Of a stretch of DNA of 64,000 nucleotides, positions 44,738 through 54,240 are shown piece by piece. The position numbers were made by a program, and so were the translations under genes. How positions within the stretch are numbered: the stretch's first letter is position 1; the number at the start of each line of letters is the position of its first letter. The notes under the pieces were generated by a model, which saw nothing but the letters and a program-made list of their open reading frames with translations, searched no databases and was not told the origin of the DNA. Location: positions 21,703-85,702 of the IMG/VR virus record IMGVR_UViG_2690315746_000001; one strand, given 5' to 3'. Source of the stretch: a virus (taxonomy: Duplodnaviria; Caudoviricetes).

Positions 44738-46462
44738 ATGTCGCGCCTCCCCCACACCATCTCGAACCAGAGCCTCACCTTCTTCGTGAAGGGCAAGCCC
44801 TACTCGCTGACCCGCGAGCACGAGCACTTCGAGGCCGCCAAGGCGCTGCTGCAGCAGCCCGGCGGCCACCCGGTCCAGAAGCTGGTCGACATGGTCGACG
44901 TCCGCCAGGCGCTGCTGCGCGACAGCTTCGGCGCGCTCCAGGTCATCGGCGCCGACCTGGTCTTCAAGGGCCAGGTGCTCAAGGGCCTCTGGGTCGACAA
45001 GATCAAGGCGTTCCGGGCCGCGGGCGAGCCCTTCGCGCCGCTGTTCAACGCCCTCGGGTCGCTGCTGCAGAACCCGACGCCGGAGGCGATCGAGCGCCTG
45101 CCGGTGTTCCTCGAGAAGTCGAACCTCGGCTTCCTCGAGGACGGCCGGTTCATCGCCTACAAGGCGGTCCGCGAGGACTACTTCGACGTCCACACCGGCC
45201 GCACGCACCGGAACATGGTCGGCGACACGCCGCACATGGACCGCGACAAGGTCAACGCGGACCCGAACGCCTGCTGCTCGACCGGGCTCCACGTCGGCAC
45301 GCCCGACTACGTCCAGAGCTTCTACGCCCACACCGCCCGCCGGGTCATGCTGATCGCCGTGTGGCCGCACGACGTGGTCTCGGTCCCGCACAGCTACGGC
45401 GGCACCAAGATGCGGATCTGCGCCTACGAGGTGATCGACGAGCTGGACGAGCAGTACGCCTCGACCATCCTCGGCCGCCCGGTCCTGACGCCGCGCTCGC
45501 AGCTGCCGGCGCCGGTCGTGGTGGAGGCCGCCCCCGCCCCGGCTGCCGCGACCTTCGACATCGACGAGGTCGAGGTCGGCGACGTGGTCAGCTACAGGGG
45601 CGACGCCGAGACCCCGGGCGGGAACTACACAGTCGTCGCGATCGACCCGGACGGTCACGAAGACCTGATGATCGCGACCGCAACCGGCCAGGCCTGGCTG
45701 CTCAACGACAACGTGGCTGGCATCGTGGAGCGCGCCCCGCGCGACGACGAGGACGAGCCGGACGGCTACACCCGGGACGAGCAGGACGAGCACTACGACG
45801 CCGTCAACGCCGAGATCGACGCGCAGTACCTGGCCGACCAGGTCGAGGTCGGCGACGTCGTCACGCTCACCGCGGATCCCGGCGCTCACCGCATGCAGGC
45901 CTGTCGCGCGGCCGGCAATTACAGCGTCCGTGCCGCCGCGGAGACCACCCTCCTGGTCGAGGACGCGACCGGCCGCTCCTGGGTGGAGCGCACCCGGGTC
46001 GTCGCCGCGACCCGCAACGGCGTCGACATCATGCCCTCGCCGACCGTCGAGGCCCCGCCGATCGGCGAGCGCCCGGCGCCCGCCCTCCTCGCCCAGGTCG
46101 GTGACCTGGTCACCACCTCCGAGGGCGGCTGGCCGCCGGCCGGCGTCTACCCGGTGATCCGGGTCGACGAGGGCCGCGAGTACCGCCTGACCGTCCAGAC
46201 CGAGCACGACGGCGAGCAGGGCGTGCGCAACTGCTACGTCGTCTCGTTCACGGCCCGGCCGTGGCTGCGCGCCGAGATCGGCGGCACCGTCGACCTGCGT
46301 GGCACCGGCGAGACCGGCCAGGCCTACCGCAACGGCGGTCGCGGCATCGAGGTCGTCGGCATGTTCCTGCACGCCAGCACCCCGCAGCTGCAGCTCCGCA
46401 CGATGGCGGGGCCGCAGTGGATCGACGCCACCCGCGTGACGGCCGCCTACCCGAAGGCCTGA
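44738..46462 (+). CDS. rIIB: rIIB-like protein with repetitive C-terminal extension
   Basis: EDGRFIAYKAVREDY, CSTGLHVG, PHDVVSVP, KMRICAYEV. Confidence 0.88.
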   Translation: MSRLPHTISNQSLTFFVKGKPYSLTREHEHFEAAKALLQQPGGHPVQKLVDMVDVRQALLRDSFGALQVIGADLVFKGQVLKGLWVDKIKAFRAAGEPFAPLFNALGSLLQNPTPEAIERLPVFLEKSNLGFLEDGRFIAYKAVREDYFDVHTGRTHRNMVGDTPHMDRDKVNADPNACCSTGLHVGTPDYVQSFYAHTARRVMLIAVWPHDVVSVPHSYGGTKMRICAYEVIDELDEQYASTILGRPVLTPRSQLPAPVVVEAAPAPAAATFDIDEVEVGDVVSYRGDAETPGGNYTVVAIDPDGHEDLMIATATGQAWLLNDNVAGIVERAPRDDEDEPDGYTRDEQDEHYDAVNAEIDAQYLADQVEVGDVVTLTADPGAHRMQACRAAGNYSVRAAAETTLLVEDATGRSWVERTRVVAATRNGVDIMPSPTVEAPPIGERPAPALLAQVGDLVTTSEGGWPPAGVYPVIRVDEGREYRLTVQTEHDGEQGVRNCYVVSFTARPWLRAEIGGTVDLRGTGETGQAYRNGGRGIEVVGMFLHASTPQLQLRTMAGPQWIDATRVTAAYPKA

Positions 46463-46518
46463 CCCACCCCGCCCCGCCAGATCCGATCTGGCGGGGCTCC
46501 ACCCGCAGGAGATCCACC

Positions 46519-46956
46519 ATGTCCAAGATCACCGCCAAGGTCATTCCGTTCAGCTCGGTCACGGGCAGCGGCATCACGCTGCACGACGAGACCGGTGCCG
46601 TCATCGGCATGATGCCGTTGCGCGGCTTCGGCGCCGACCTGCCGGCCGGGCTCGAGGCCTTCAAGGTCGGGTGCGTCGCGGTGTGCGAGCGCATCGCCGC
46701 GGCGATCAACGCCGGCCAGCCCGAGCGCCAGGTCCGGCACCTGAAGCGCGACCAGGTCTACGACGTCGTGGCCGGCGAGGCGCTGTTCCAGACCTCGGTC
46801 CAGAGCGCGCTCGGCAAGGCCGGCCCGGGCAAGATGCGCCTGCTGCGCGATGGCGACCCGCTCACCGTCTACCGCAACAACGAGCTGGGCATGACCTTCG
46901 TCCGCGTCCCGGAGGAGGTCGAGGACGACACCCGGTTCGAGCAGCTCGAGGCATGA
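46519..46956 (+). CDS. Hypothetical protein
   Basis: SD AGGAG after motif B 46477; VRHLKRDQVYDVV. Confidence 0.65.
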   Translation: MSKITAKVIPFSSVTGSGITLHDETGAVIGMMPLRGFGADLPAGLEAFKVGCVAVCERIAAAINAGQPERQVRHLKRDQVYDVVAGEALFQTSVQSALGKAGPGKMRLLRDGDPLTVYRNNELGMTFVRVPEEVEDDTRFEQLEA

Positions 46957-47140
46957 CCGAGGACGACGCCGCCATCATGGCGGCTGCCGCGCTGGGGGCC
47001 GCACTCGGCCCCCTTCTTTTCCACCTGGCCTACTGGGCCTACTGGGCCTTCATGAGGGTCACCGGACGGCTGTGACGCCCTTCGTGTGTCTGCACCGCGC
47101 TGTCCGCTTCGTACAGCCAACCCTGAGAGGAACGACCCCC

Positions 47141-47803
47141 GTGTTCTTTCACTTCCGCCGCGTCTCGACCAACCGCAAGCTCGGCCCAATGCCGGCCGTC
47201 ATGGCTTCGCAGGAGACCTGCCGCTCCACCGGCTGCACGCTCATGGGCGCCGGCTGCTACGCCGAGCACGGCCCGGGCTCCATCATGTGGCGCGCCCTCA
47301 CCGCCGGCAAGGCGGTCAACCAGGTCACGCTCGAGCAGCTGCTCCACCTGATCCGGGCTTTGCCCAAGCGCATCAGGTGGAGGTACGGCACAGCCGGCGA
47401 TCTGCCTCCCAACCCGGCCGATGTGCTCGACCTGGCTAAGGCCAACGCGGGTCGTGAGGCCATTGTCTTTACCCACGGCAGATTGTACGAGACGTACAGG
47501 CAAGCCGCCTCCCTCGGCATGCACATCAACGTCTCGACCGACAGCGCCGCCCAGGCCGACGCCGTGCTCGACGCGGCGCCGGACATGAGCGTCGTCACCG
47601 TCCTGCCCTCCACCGCCGGCCGCGGCCGGCACCGCACCCCGGCCGGGCGCGAGATCGCGGTCTGCCCGGCCACCTACGCCGAGCGCGTGACGTGCTCGAC
47701 CTGCAACCTGTGCTCCCGGCCGCGCCCGCGCGGCGTGATCGTCGGCTTCCCGGCGCACGGCACCCGGCGGCGCATGATCGACCAGAGGCTCGCCAGCGCA
47801 TGA
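47141..47803 (+). CDS. Cys-rich conserved phage protein (Gp88-like)
   Basis: NRKLG...TC...C......CYA, RYGTAGD, VCPA...TCSTCNLC...IVGFPAHG. Confidence 0.7.
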   Translation: MFFHFRRVSTNRKLGPMPAVMASQETCRSTGCTLMGAGCYAEHGPGSIMWRALTAGKAVNQVTLEQLLHLIRALPKRIRWRYGTAGDLPPNPADVLDLAKANAGREAIVFTHGRLYETYRQAASLGMHINVSTDSAAQADAVLDAAPDMSVVTVLPSTAGRGRHRTPAGREIAVCPATYAERVTCSTCNLCSRPRPRGVIVGFPAHGTRRRMIDQRLASA

Positions 47804-48261
47804 ACCCAACGCAACAGCAGATCAAAGAGTTGCTGCTCCAGGGCAAGCACCACACCGAGATCGCGGCCGAGCTGTCCCACCTCCAGCCGGAGACGGTCCG
47901 CAGCTACGCGGGGAGGCTCCTCCGCGAGCTGACCCCGGCCGAGATCACCAAGCGCGACTTGGCGCGCTCGCAGCTGCCGGTCGGCCCGACCGGCGTCTAC
48001 CACAAGAAGTTCGCGCAGCGCCGGGTGCTCGGCCCGGTCCACGTCCGCATCGGGCGCCAGCTGCTCGAGGCCCGCCAGGAGGCCGAGCTGAACCTCGGCG
48101 ATTTCGCCCGGCGCTGGGGCTTCTCGAACCGCGTCGCCCTCTCCGCGATGGAGCAGGGCTACCACGACTTCACGCTCTCCGAAGTCTACCAGATCGCCGA
48201 CATCGTCGGGATTTCGACTGAGGAACTGTTGCGTCCACCCTCTGAAAGCATCGTTTCATGA
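47800..48261 (+). CDS. XRE-family HTH regulator
   Basis: IGRQLLEARQEAELNLGDFARRWGFSNRVALSAMEQG...IADIVGISTEELL. Confidence 0.8.
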   Translation: MNPTQQQIKELLLQGKHHTEIAAELSHLQPETVRSYAGRLLRELTPAEITKRDLARSQLPVGPTGVYHKKFAQRRVLGPVHVRIGRQLLEARQEAELNLGDFARRWGFSNRVALSAMEQGYHDFTLSEVYQIADIVGISTEELLRPPSESIVS

Positions 48262-48461
48262 AGTATGACCTCGACCAGTTCTTTCAACTGATCCGCATTC
48301 ATCACCGGCTGCCGCCCGCATCCAGGTTCAACGACCTGCTCGGCCGGCTGTCCGCGATGGCGGACCCGGCCAACCAGGCCTTCAAGGTCACCGACCTCAC
48401 CCGCCGCTGCCTCCGGCGCTTCATCGACCGCCGCGTCCAGATCTCGGGGGGCCCGACGTGA
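48258..48461 (+). CDS. Hypothetical protein
   Basis: 67 aa, ATGA coupling. Confidence 0.5.
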   Translation: MKYDLDQFFQLIRIHHRLPPASRFNDLLGRLSAMADPANQAFKVTDLTRRCLRRFIDRRVQISGGPT

Positions 48462-49033
48462 GCCACTACGGCCTGCACCGCCAGGACAACCTGATCTTCC
48501 TGCACGAGCAGGGCGGCGGGCGCTGCCTGTCGCCGGGCCTCGCCGGGCTCGAGAGCCCGTTTCGCGTCCAGGGCCGCCACTGGCTGCCCTGCCCGCACCG
48601 GCTCGGCCCGCCGGAGCCCGGGCCGATCGTCGAGCACCCATTGGTCCGGGCGATGGGCCCGGATCAGGCCGGCAGCCTGTTCCACGTCCGGCCGGAGCAC
48701 ATCAGCTGGCTCTGGCGCCTGGCCGAGATGACGCCGGCCAGCGAGCGCATCGTCGAGCCGATCTGGACCGTGAAGCGCCCGCGCATCCGCCGGCTCGAGC
48801 CCCGCCTCGCGCTCACCAACGCCGCGCCCCTGGTCCTCGTCGACCTGGCGCCGGCCGACCTCGTCGACATGGAGACGCTCGCGCAGCTGCCGCGCCTCCG
48901 CAACCTGATCGTCTGCGGCCCGATCAAGCTCGCCGCCGCGACGGTGCTCGAGCCCGAGGGGCTCGACTGGAACCACGACTGGCCGGCCGAGGGCCGCCGC
49001 CAGCTCCACCACCTGATCCGCAAGGAAGCCTGA
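48458..49033 (+). CDS. Hypothetical protein
   Basis: 191 aa coupled ORF. Confidence 0.6.
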   Translation: MSHYGLHRQDNLIFLHEQGGGRCLSPGLAGLESPFRVQGRHWLPCPHRLGPPEPGPIVEHPLVRAMGPDQAGSLFHVRPEHISWLWRLAEMTPASERIVEPIWTVKRPRIRRLEPRLALTNAAPLVLVDLAPADLVDMETLAQLPRLRNLIVCGPIKLAAATVLEPEGLDWNHDWPAEGRRQLHHLIRKEA

Positions 49034-49034
49034 C

Positions 49035-50051
49035 ATGACCATGACCCGTGAGCAGCTGATCGCCCGCCGTGACGAGCTGCAGGCTCAGATCGACGCCTCG
49101 AACGGCTGGGGCGCCGCGGTCGGCGCGATGTCCGAGGAGTTGGAGGGCATCAAGCGCCGCCTCCAGGCGCAAGTCTCGGAGAACCCATGCCGCCAGGTTG
49201 ACCTCCCGCACGTCATCCAGCTCGGCACGGGCGACCGCATCATCACCTCGGGCTTCTACCGCGGCCTACCGGCGGTCTTCATCGAGCCCACGGCCGATCC
49301 CCGCCCGCCGGGCACCCGCGGCGAGACGCCAGCCGGTGAGCGGCACACCCTTGCCCCGGGCGCGACCGTCATCGCGGCGGCGAACCTGCGCAGCCTCGAG
49401 GTCCTGCGCGAGCACATCGACAAGGCCGCGACGAAGCTGATGCGCGGCGCCGCGCCGCTCACTGAGGACGAGTGCTTCATGGTCGAGGCGGCCATGTACT
49501 ACGGCTTCCAGCACGTCGATGACGACGCCACGGTCTTCCAGGCGAACGAGAGCCAGATCGTCGCCCTCGTGAAGGCCGCCCGGGAGCAGGGACGGCAGGA
49601 CGTGCTGAGCCTGCAGCCGCGCTGCGTCACCTGGCTCGACAAGGTCACCGAGGACGACCCGACCGACCTCACCGAGCGCCTGGCCCGCTTCTTCGAGGAG
49701 AGCGCCGAGTTCGTGCAGAGCAAGGGCTTCACCGAGGCCCAGGTCCACGACATCGTCCGCTACGTGTTCGGCCGACCGGCCGGCGAGCCGCCGCAGGAGA
49801 TCGGCGGCGCCATGACGACGATGGCTGTGCTCTGCGACTTCATCGGCGAGGACATGTTCGCCTGCGCCGAGGCCGAGCTGGCGCGCGTCGACACCCCGGA
49901 GATGATCCAGAAGATCCGCGAGAAGCGCAGCCGGCGCCACGGGCGCGGCGTGCTGCCGGGCACCACCGAGGAGGCCGATCTCGTGCCGGCCGAGAAGCCC
50001 TACCAGGCCCCGTTCATCGGGCTGCCGCTCAGCGACGGGCGGATGATCTGA
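49035..50051 (+). CDS. Multidomain protein with C-terminal MazG-like region
   Basis: ERLARFFEESAEFVQ...YVFGRPAGEPPQEIGG EExxE-type motif. Confidence 0.6.
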   Translation: MTMTREQLIARRDELQAQIDASNGWGAAVGAMSEELEGIKRRLQAQVSENPCRQVDLPHVIQLGTGDRIITSGFYRGLPAVFIEPTADPRPPGTRGETPAGERHTLAPGATVIAAANLRSLEVLREHIDKAATKLMRGAAPLTEDECFMVEAAMYYGFQHVDDDATVFQANESQIVALVKAAREQGRQDVLSLQPRCVTWLDKVTEDDPTDLTERLARFFEESAEFVQSKGFTEAQVHDIVRYVFGRPAGEPPQEIGGAMTTMAVLCDFIGEDMFACAEAELARVDTPEMIQKIREKRSRRHGRGVLPGTTEEADLVPAEKPYQAPFIGLPLSDGRMI

Positions 50052-50557
50052 TGAGGGCCGTCCTCTCGGACTGCTCGCGCTACCGCTACCGCCTGGAGCG
50101 CGACCTGGCTGGTGGGGGCGACCGGACGGTCGCCTTCATCATGGTCAACCCGTCGACCGCCGACGCGGAGATCGACGACCCCACGATCCGCAAGGTGAAG
50201 GGCTTCGCTCTTCGCATGGGGGCCGGCCGGGTGATCGTCGGCAACCTGTTCGCCTACCGCGCGACCGACATCAAGGCGCTGCGCGACGCCCCCGACCCTG
50301 TCGGGATCGAGAACGACGGCCACCTCCGGCGCATCCTCGCGGACGCGGAGGTCTGTGTCGTGGCGTGGGGCGCTCTGTCCAAGCTGCCGCCTGCGTTGCG
50401 GCGGCGCTGGGCCCAGTTCCACGACATGGCGACGGCTGCCGGCGCCTCGCTGAAGTGCCTCGGGGTGGCGAAGGACGGCCACCCTCTTCACCCCTGCATG
50501 ATCGGGTACGAGCGACCCGTCCTCGAATGGAGGCGTCCATGCCTGACCGTCAGCTGA
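50051..50557 (+). CDS. DUF1643 family protein
   Basis: AVLSDCSRYRYRLER, FIMVNPSTADAEIDDPTIRK, NLFAYRATD, AWG, GHPLHP. Confidence 0.9.
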   Translation: MRAVLSDCSRYRYRLERDLAGGGDRTVAFIMVNPSTADAEIDDPTIRKVKGFALRMGAGRVIVGNLFAYRATDIKALRDAPDPVGIENDGHLRRILADAEVCVVAWGALSKLPPALRRRWAQFHDMATAAGASLKCLGVAKDGHPLHPCMIGYERPVLEWRRPCLTVS

Positions 50558-50994
50558 CCGACCTCCTGCCCTATTACGTCCGCGGCCCGCAGCCGGGGCC
50601 GCAGCCGGGCCTCGAGCCCTGGCCGGTGCCGACCACCAAGGCAGAGCGCCGGGCGGCGACCCACCGCATGCCGAAGTGCCGCTGCGGGAACGTCGCCGGC
50701 TCGGGCCAGGCCCTGTGCGGGCGCTGCCGCGCGGAGGAAGAGGAGCGCAGCACCTTCAAGACCGGGGTCGCCTGGATCTTCGACTTCATGTGCAGCCTGC
50801 CGGCCGGGTTCGCTGTGACCGACGACGAGCGCGAGCAGGCCTACCAGGCCTACGAGGTCGGCGACGATCCGCGCGAGACCGCGGTCCGTATCGCGGAGGC
50901 TCGGGAGGTCGAGCCAGCCGACGAGGAGGTTGGCCGAGACGAGATCCTTGAGGCCGCCCTACACGCGCACCAGCACGGCGACGAGGAGGAGTGA
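50539..50994 (+). CDS. Hypothetical protein with Zn-ribbon
   Basis: SD GGAGG; CRCGN...LCGRC. Confidence 0.6.
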   Translation: MPDRQLTDLLPYYVRGPQPGPQPGLEPWPVPTTKAERRAATHRMPKCRCGNVAGSGQALCGRCRAEEEERSTFKTGVAWIFDFMCSLPAGFAVTDDEREQAYQAYEVGDDPRETAVRIAEAREVEPADEEVGRDEILEAALHAHQHGDEEE

Positions 50995-52403
50995 TGCCAA
51001 CCCTCCGCAAGGACCAGATCCAGGACCTCGGCCGCCTGTTCTTCAAGGAGCGCCGCTGCATCCACGGGGGCGAGCCGGGCACCGGCAAGACCCCCACCAT
51101 CTGCGTGCTCCAGCGAGCGCGCTGGGACAAGCACGGCCACAAGACCGTGTGGCTGATGCCGATGAAGCTGCTCGCCAAGAACCTCGACGAGGCCATGCTC
51201 TGGGGCGAGTGGGCCCCGGGCGAGGTCGCGATCGTCGACGGCCCGGCCGCGGCCTGCCGGGCGATCGTCGCCGACCCGCGGGTGAAGGTCCTGCTCATGG
51301 GCTACACCCGCTTCGAGATGATGGCCGACACGATCACGCCCGAGATGGGCTACTTCGCGGTCGACATCGACGAGTGGCACAAGGGCTTCGGCGGCCACGA
51401 CAGCAAGCGGACGCAGGCGCTCTACCGCTGGTGCGCCGCGCGCCGCGACGAGCTGTGGTTCGTCCCGATGACCGGCACGATCTACAACGGCCGGCCCGAC
51501 ACGGTGTATCCGGCCCTGCAGATCATCGAGCCGCGCTATTACGGCACGCTCGACGCCTTCAAGGCGATGCACGACGTGCTCGACCCCTGGACGATGAAGG
51601 TCACGGGCCACTGCAACCTCGACCGGCTGCAGATGATCCTGGCGAAGCACTCGATCCGGCGCCTCTGGACCGACGTCCACGGCGCCGAGGAGATCGTGCC
51701 GGAGATCTCGAGCTGCCGCATGAACGCCAAGCAGCGCGAGGCCTACGACAAGTTCCGGGACGAGGCGATCCTCGAGCTGGAGAACTTCTTCATCGACGGC
51801 ACCAAGCCCGGCGTCGCCTTCATCCGCGCCCGGCAGATCATGGAGCACCCCAACGTCTTCCCGAACCTCCTCGAGGGCGGCGAGGGCTTCGTCGACATCT
51901 GCCCCGGCGAGGTGCCGGGCAAGCTCGAGGAGTTCACCGACGACTGCCACGAGATGACCGATCTCGGCCGGCCGATGATCGCCTATGCGGCGCTCATCCC
52001 GCAGCAGTACCAGCTGCTCGAGGCCGCCAAGGCGGCGGGCCGGCGCGCCGGCATCGTCAACGGCGACACGCCGCCGAAGCAGGCCGGCCAGATCGACAAG
52101 GCCTTCCAGGCCGGCGAGCTGGACACCATCATCGGCTCGCCCAAGGTCGCCGACTGCGGCTTCAACTGGCAGTTCTGCGGCGACCGCGAGGTGCAGGACG
52201 TGTTCTTCGTGTCCATGGACTACCAGGACACGGCCTTCTTCCAGGCCTATAAGCGGGCCATGCGCAAGAGCCGTAACACGGCTCTACGTATCAAGATCTA
52301 TACCTATATCGACAGTATCGATCAGCACATCATGCGGCTTACTAAACGCAAGTCCGTAGATGCTGCGTCAGTCGAACACGGTCGCGTCGCTTTGCCCTGG
52401 TAA
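50991..52403 (+). CDS. SF2 (SNF2-like) helicase
   Basis: GEPGTGKT, DEWH, MTGT, QAYKRAMR. Confidence 0.88.
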   Translation: MMPTLRKDQIQDLGRLFFKERRCIHGGEPGTGKTPTICVLQRARWDKHGHKTVWLMPMKLLAKNLDEAMLWGEWAPGEVAIVDGPAAACRAIVADPRVKVLLMGYTRFEMMADTITPEMGYFAVDIDEWHKGFGGHDSKRTQALYRWCAARRDELWFVPMTGTIYNGRPDTVYPALQIIEPRYYGTLDAFKAMHDVLDPWTMKVTGHCNLDRLQMILAKHSIRRLWTDVHGAEEIVPEISSCRMNAKQREAYDKFRDEAILELENFFIDGTKPGVAFIRARQIMEHPNVFPNLLEGGEGFVDICPGEVPGKLEEFTDDCHEMTDLGRPMIAYAALIPQQYQLLEAAKAAGRRAGIVNGDTPPKQAGQIDKAFQAGELDTIIGSPKVADCGFNWQFCGDREVQDVFFVSMDYQDTAFFQAYKRAMRKSRNTALRIKIYTYIDSIDQHIMRLTKRKSVDAASVEHGRVALPW

Positions 52404-52568
52404 AGCTGTCCGTATCGGACAGGCACATCCGGGCTACGAAATCGGGAGAGAGGGGGCTTGCCAAGAGCGGAAGCCCCGGCTATCTCGATCAGGCCGATGT
52501 ACGGAACGTACATCGGACATCACCAGCACCAAGCTCCAATCATCAACCTCCAATCTCCAGAGGCTACC

Positions 52569-53282
52569 ATGTCCGACGCCATCTCCGCCGCCCTCGCCGC
52601 CGCCGAAGTCGAGGCCAACGAGACCCCCGCACCGGCCGCCGGCAACGCGGGCAGCCCCCCGCCGCCCGCCGCCCGCCCCGCGGGCCTGCCGGCCACCGGC
52701 GGCGCCCCGCGCTCGCTGATGGACGTCATGGCGACCGCCGCCATGAACGTGGACTTCTTCCTCCGCGTGAAGCCCATGGGCATCATGCTCGGCAAGGACC
52801 TCAAGGTCCACGACGAGATCGAGGTCGACGTCCGCCTGAGGGACGCCAAGTCGGGCTGGGTGATCCGCGTCAACACCTCGGCTGGCGTGCGCTACCTCAA
52901 CTCCTACGACGGCGAGACCGAGAGCAAGTCCAAGGCGAACTGGGCGGCGGTCGTCGCCGATGCCCAGCGCATGGACGGCAACGCCTACGTGTCGGACCTC
53001 GTGGAGCTGCCGGCGAAGCTCGCCAAGACCTACCCCCGGAAGGAGGGCGGCCCGGCCGAGGCCGGCACCGTCGTCGGCCTGTCGCTCAGCTACATGGCGT
53101 TCAAGGCCTTCGGCTCCTTCCTCCAGGAGGTCTTCCCGAAGTACGGGCTCGACACGGTCTTCCGGGTCAAGCTCACCGCCGTGGCCAAGGTCGGCGGCGG
53201 TCAGGACTACGGGATCTTCGGCTTCGAGGTGATCGACGGCGCTGCCGGCGACGCCCCGGCGAAGAGCCGCAAGGCCGCCTGA
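52569..53282 (+). CDS. Putative ssDNA-binding / replication accessory protein
   Basis: 237 aa, strong codon bias, own motif-A promoter region and terminator, between helicase and exonuclease/polymerase. Confidence 0.55.
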   Translation: MSDAISAALAAAEVEANETPAPAAGNAGSPPPPAARPAGLPATGGAPRSLMDVMATAAMNVDFFLRVKPMGIMLGKDLKVHDEIEVDVRLRDAKSGWVIRVNTSAGVRYLNSYDGETESKSKANWAAVVADAQRMDGNAYVSDLVELPAKLAKTYPRKEGGPAEAGTVVGLSLSYMAFKAFGSFLQEVFPKYGLDTVFRVKLTAVAKVGGGQDYGIFGFEVIDGAAGDAPAKSRKAA

Positions 53283-53310
53283 TCGGGTCCACCAACACCC
53301 GCCAGTAGAG

Positions 53311-53348
53311 AGGCCCGCACCGCACTCGTGGTGCGGGCCTTTTTCTTT
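53311..53348 (+). terminator. Intrinsic terminator
   Basis: AGGCCCGCACC-gcactcgt-GGTGCGGGCCT-TTTTCTTT. Confidence 0.85.
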
Positions 53349-53377
53349 GTACGCATCGTACAACATCGGAGCCAACC

Positions 53378-53728
53378 GTGTCCGAGACTACCCTCAGCCC
53401 CGCGACCCTCGCCGTCATCAAGCGCGAGGCGAACATCAACAACCGACCATTGGTCCGGCACCTCACTGGTGCCGCCAAGTTCCTGGGCCTCGGCGCCCTC
53501 GTCCACGCCTGGCTGATCGGGCCTGAGTTCAGCACCCACTCCCTGTGGAGCTGGGGCTACGTCCTCGCCTGGCCGGTCCCGCTGCTGTTCTGGCTGCTGA
53601 GCTGCCTGCTCGCCTTCGTCGGCTACGCCGCCGCCCTGGCGCTCGCCTGCGGCTTCCTCTGGTGGGCCGCCATGGAGATCCGCGACTGGCGCGACCGCCG
53701 CGACGACCAGCGGTGGCCTGGTCTATGA
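53378..53728 (+). CDS. Membrane protein
   Basis: 116 aa with 2-3 TM segments. Confidence 0.65.
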   Translation: MSETTLSPATLAVIKREANINNRPLVRHLTGAAKFLGLGALVHAWLIGPEFSTHSLWSWGYVLAWPVPLLFWLLSCLLAFVGYAAALALACGFLWWAAMEIRDWRDRRDDQRWPGL

Positions 53729-54240
53729 CCATCCGCAACGTCCCCGTCGCCTGGCTGCGCGAGCGCTTCGCCTACGAGCCCGACACGGGGATCGTCCGGC
53801 ACCGCGTTGGGACCACCCGCGCGGACGCAGGAGACCGCGCTGACTACCCGGCGGGGCGCGGCTACCGGAAACTGACCTTCACCTACGAGGGTCGGCGCTA
53901 CCAGGTGCGCGTCCAGCAGATCGCCTGGGCGCTCCATCACGGTGAGCATCCGTCCGAGGGCACCGAGATCGACCATCGTGATCGCGTTCGCGACCACAAC
54001 TGGATCGACAACCTCCGGCCGGCCACGCCAGCTCAGAACAAGACCAACATGGTGCGCTCTACCAAGCGCTCCGGCCTGCCTCGCGGGGTATTCCACGCGA
54101 AGGCGAAGAACGGGACCTTCGTGGCCCGCATCGGCATCGACCGCAAGCATCGGCACCTGGGCACCTTCCGCACCGCCGAGGAGGCCTCTGCCGTTTACGA
54201 AGCCGAGCTGGCCCGCCACCGCGGGGAATTCGCCCAGTGA
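53725..54240 (+). CDS. HNH-AP2 homing endonuclease
   Basis: EIDHRDRVRDHNWIDNLRPATPAQN; SGLPRGV...ARIG...HLGTFRTAEEA. Confidence 0.92.
   Translation: MTIRNVPVAWLRERFAYEPDTGIVRHRVGTTRADAGDRADYPAGRGYRKLTFTYEGRRYQVRVQQIAWALHHGEHPSEGTEIDHRDRVRDHNWIDNLRPATPAQNKTNMVRSTKRSGLPRGVFHAKAKNGTFVARIGIDRKHRHLGTFRTAEEASAVYEAELARHRGEFAQ

Noticed and set aside
28980-46491. Motif A/B repeats as a CRISPR array or integron attC sites
   Set aside because: Irregular spacing with whole genes between, only 15-bp cores, no cas or integron integrase, no GTTRRRY/RYYYAAC boxes
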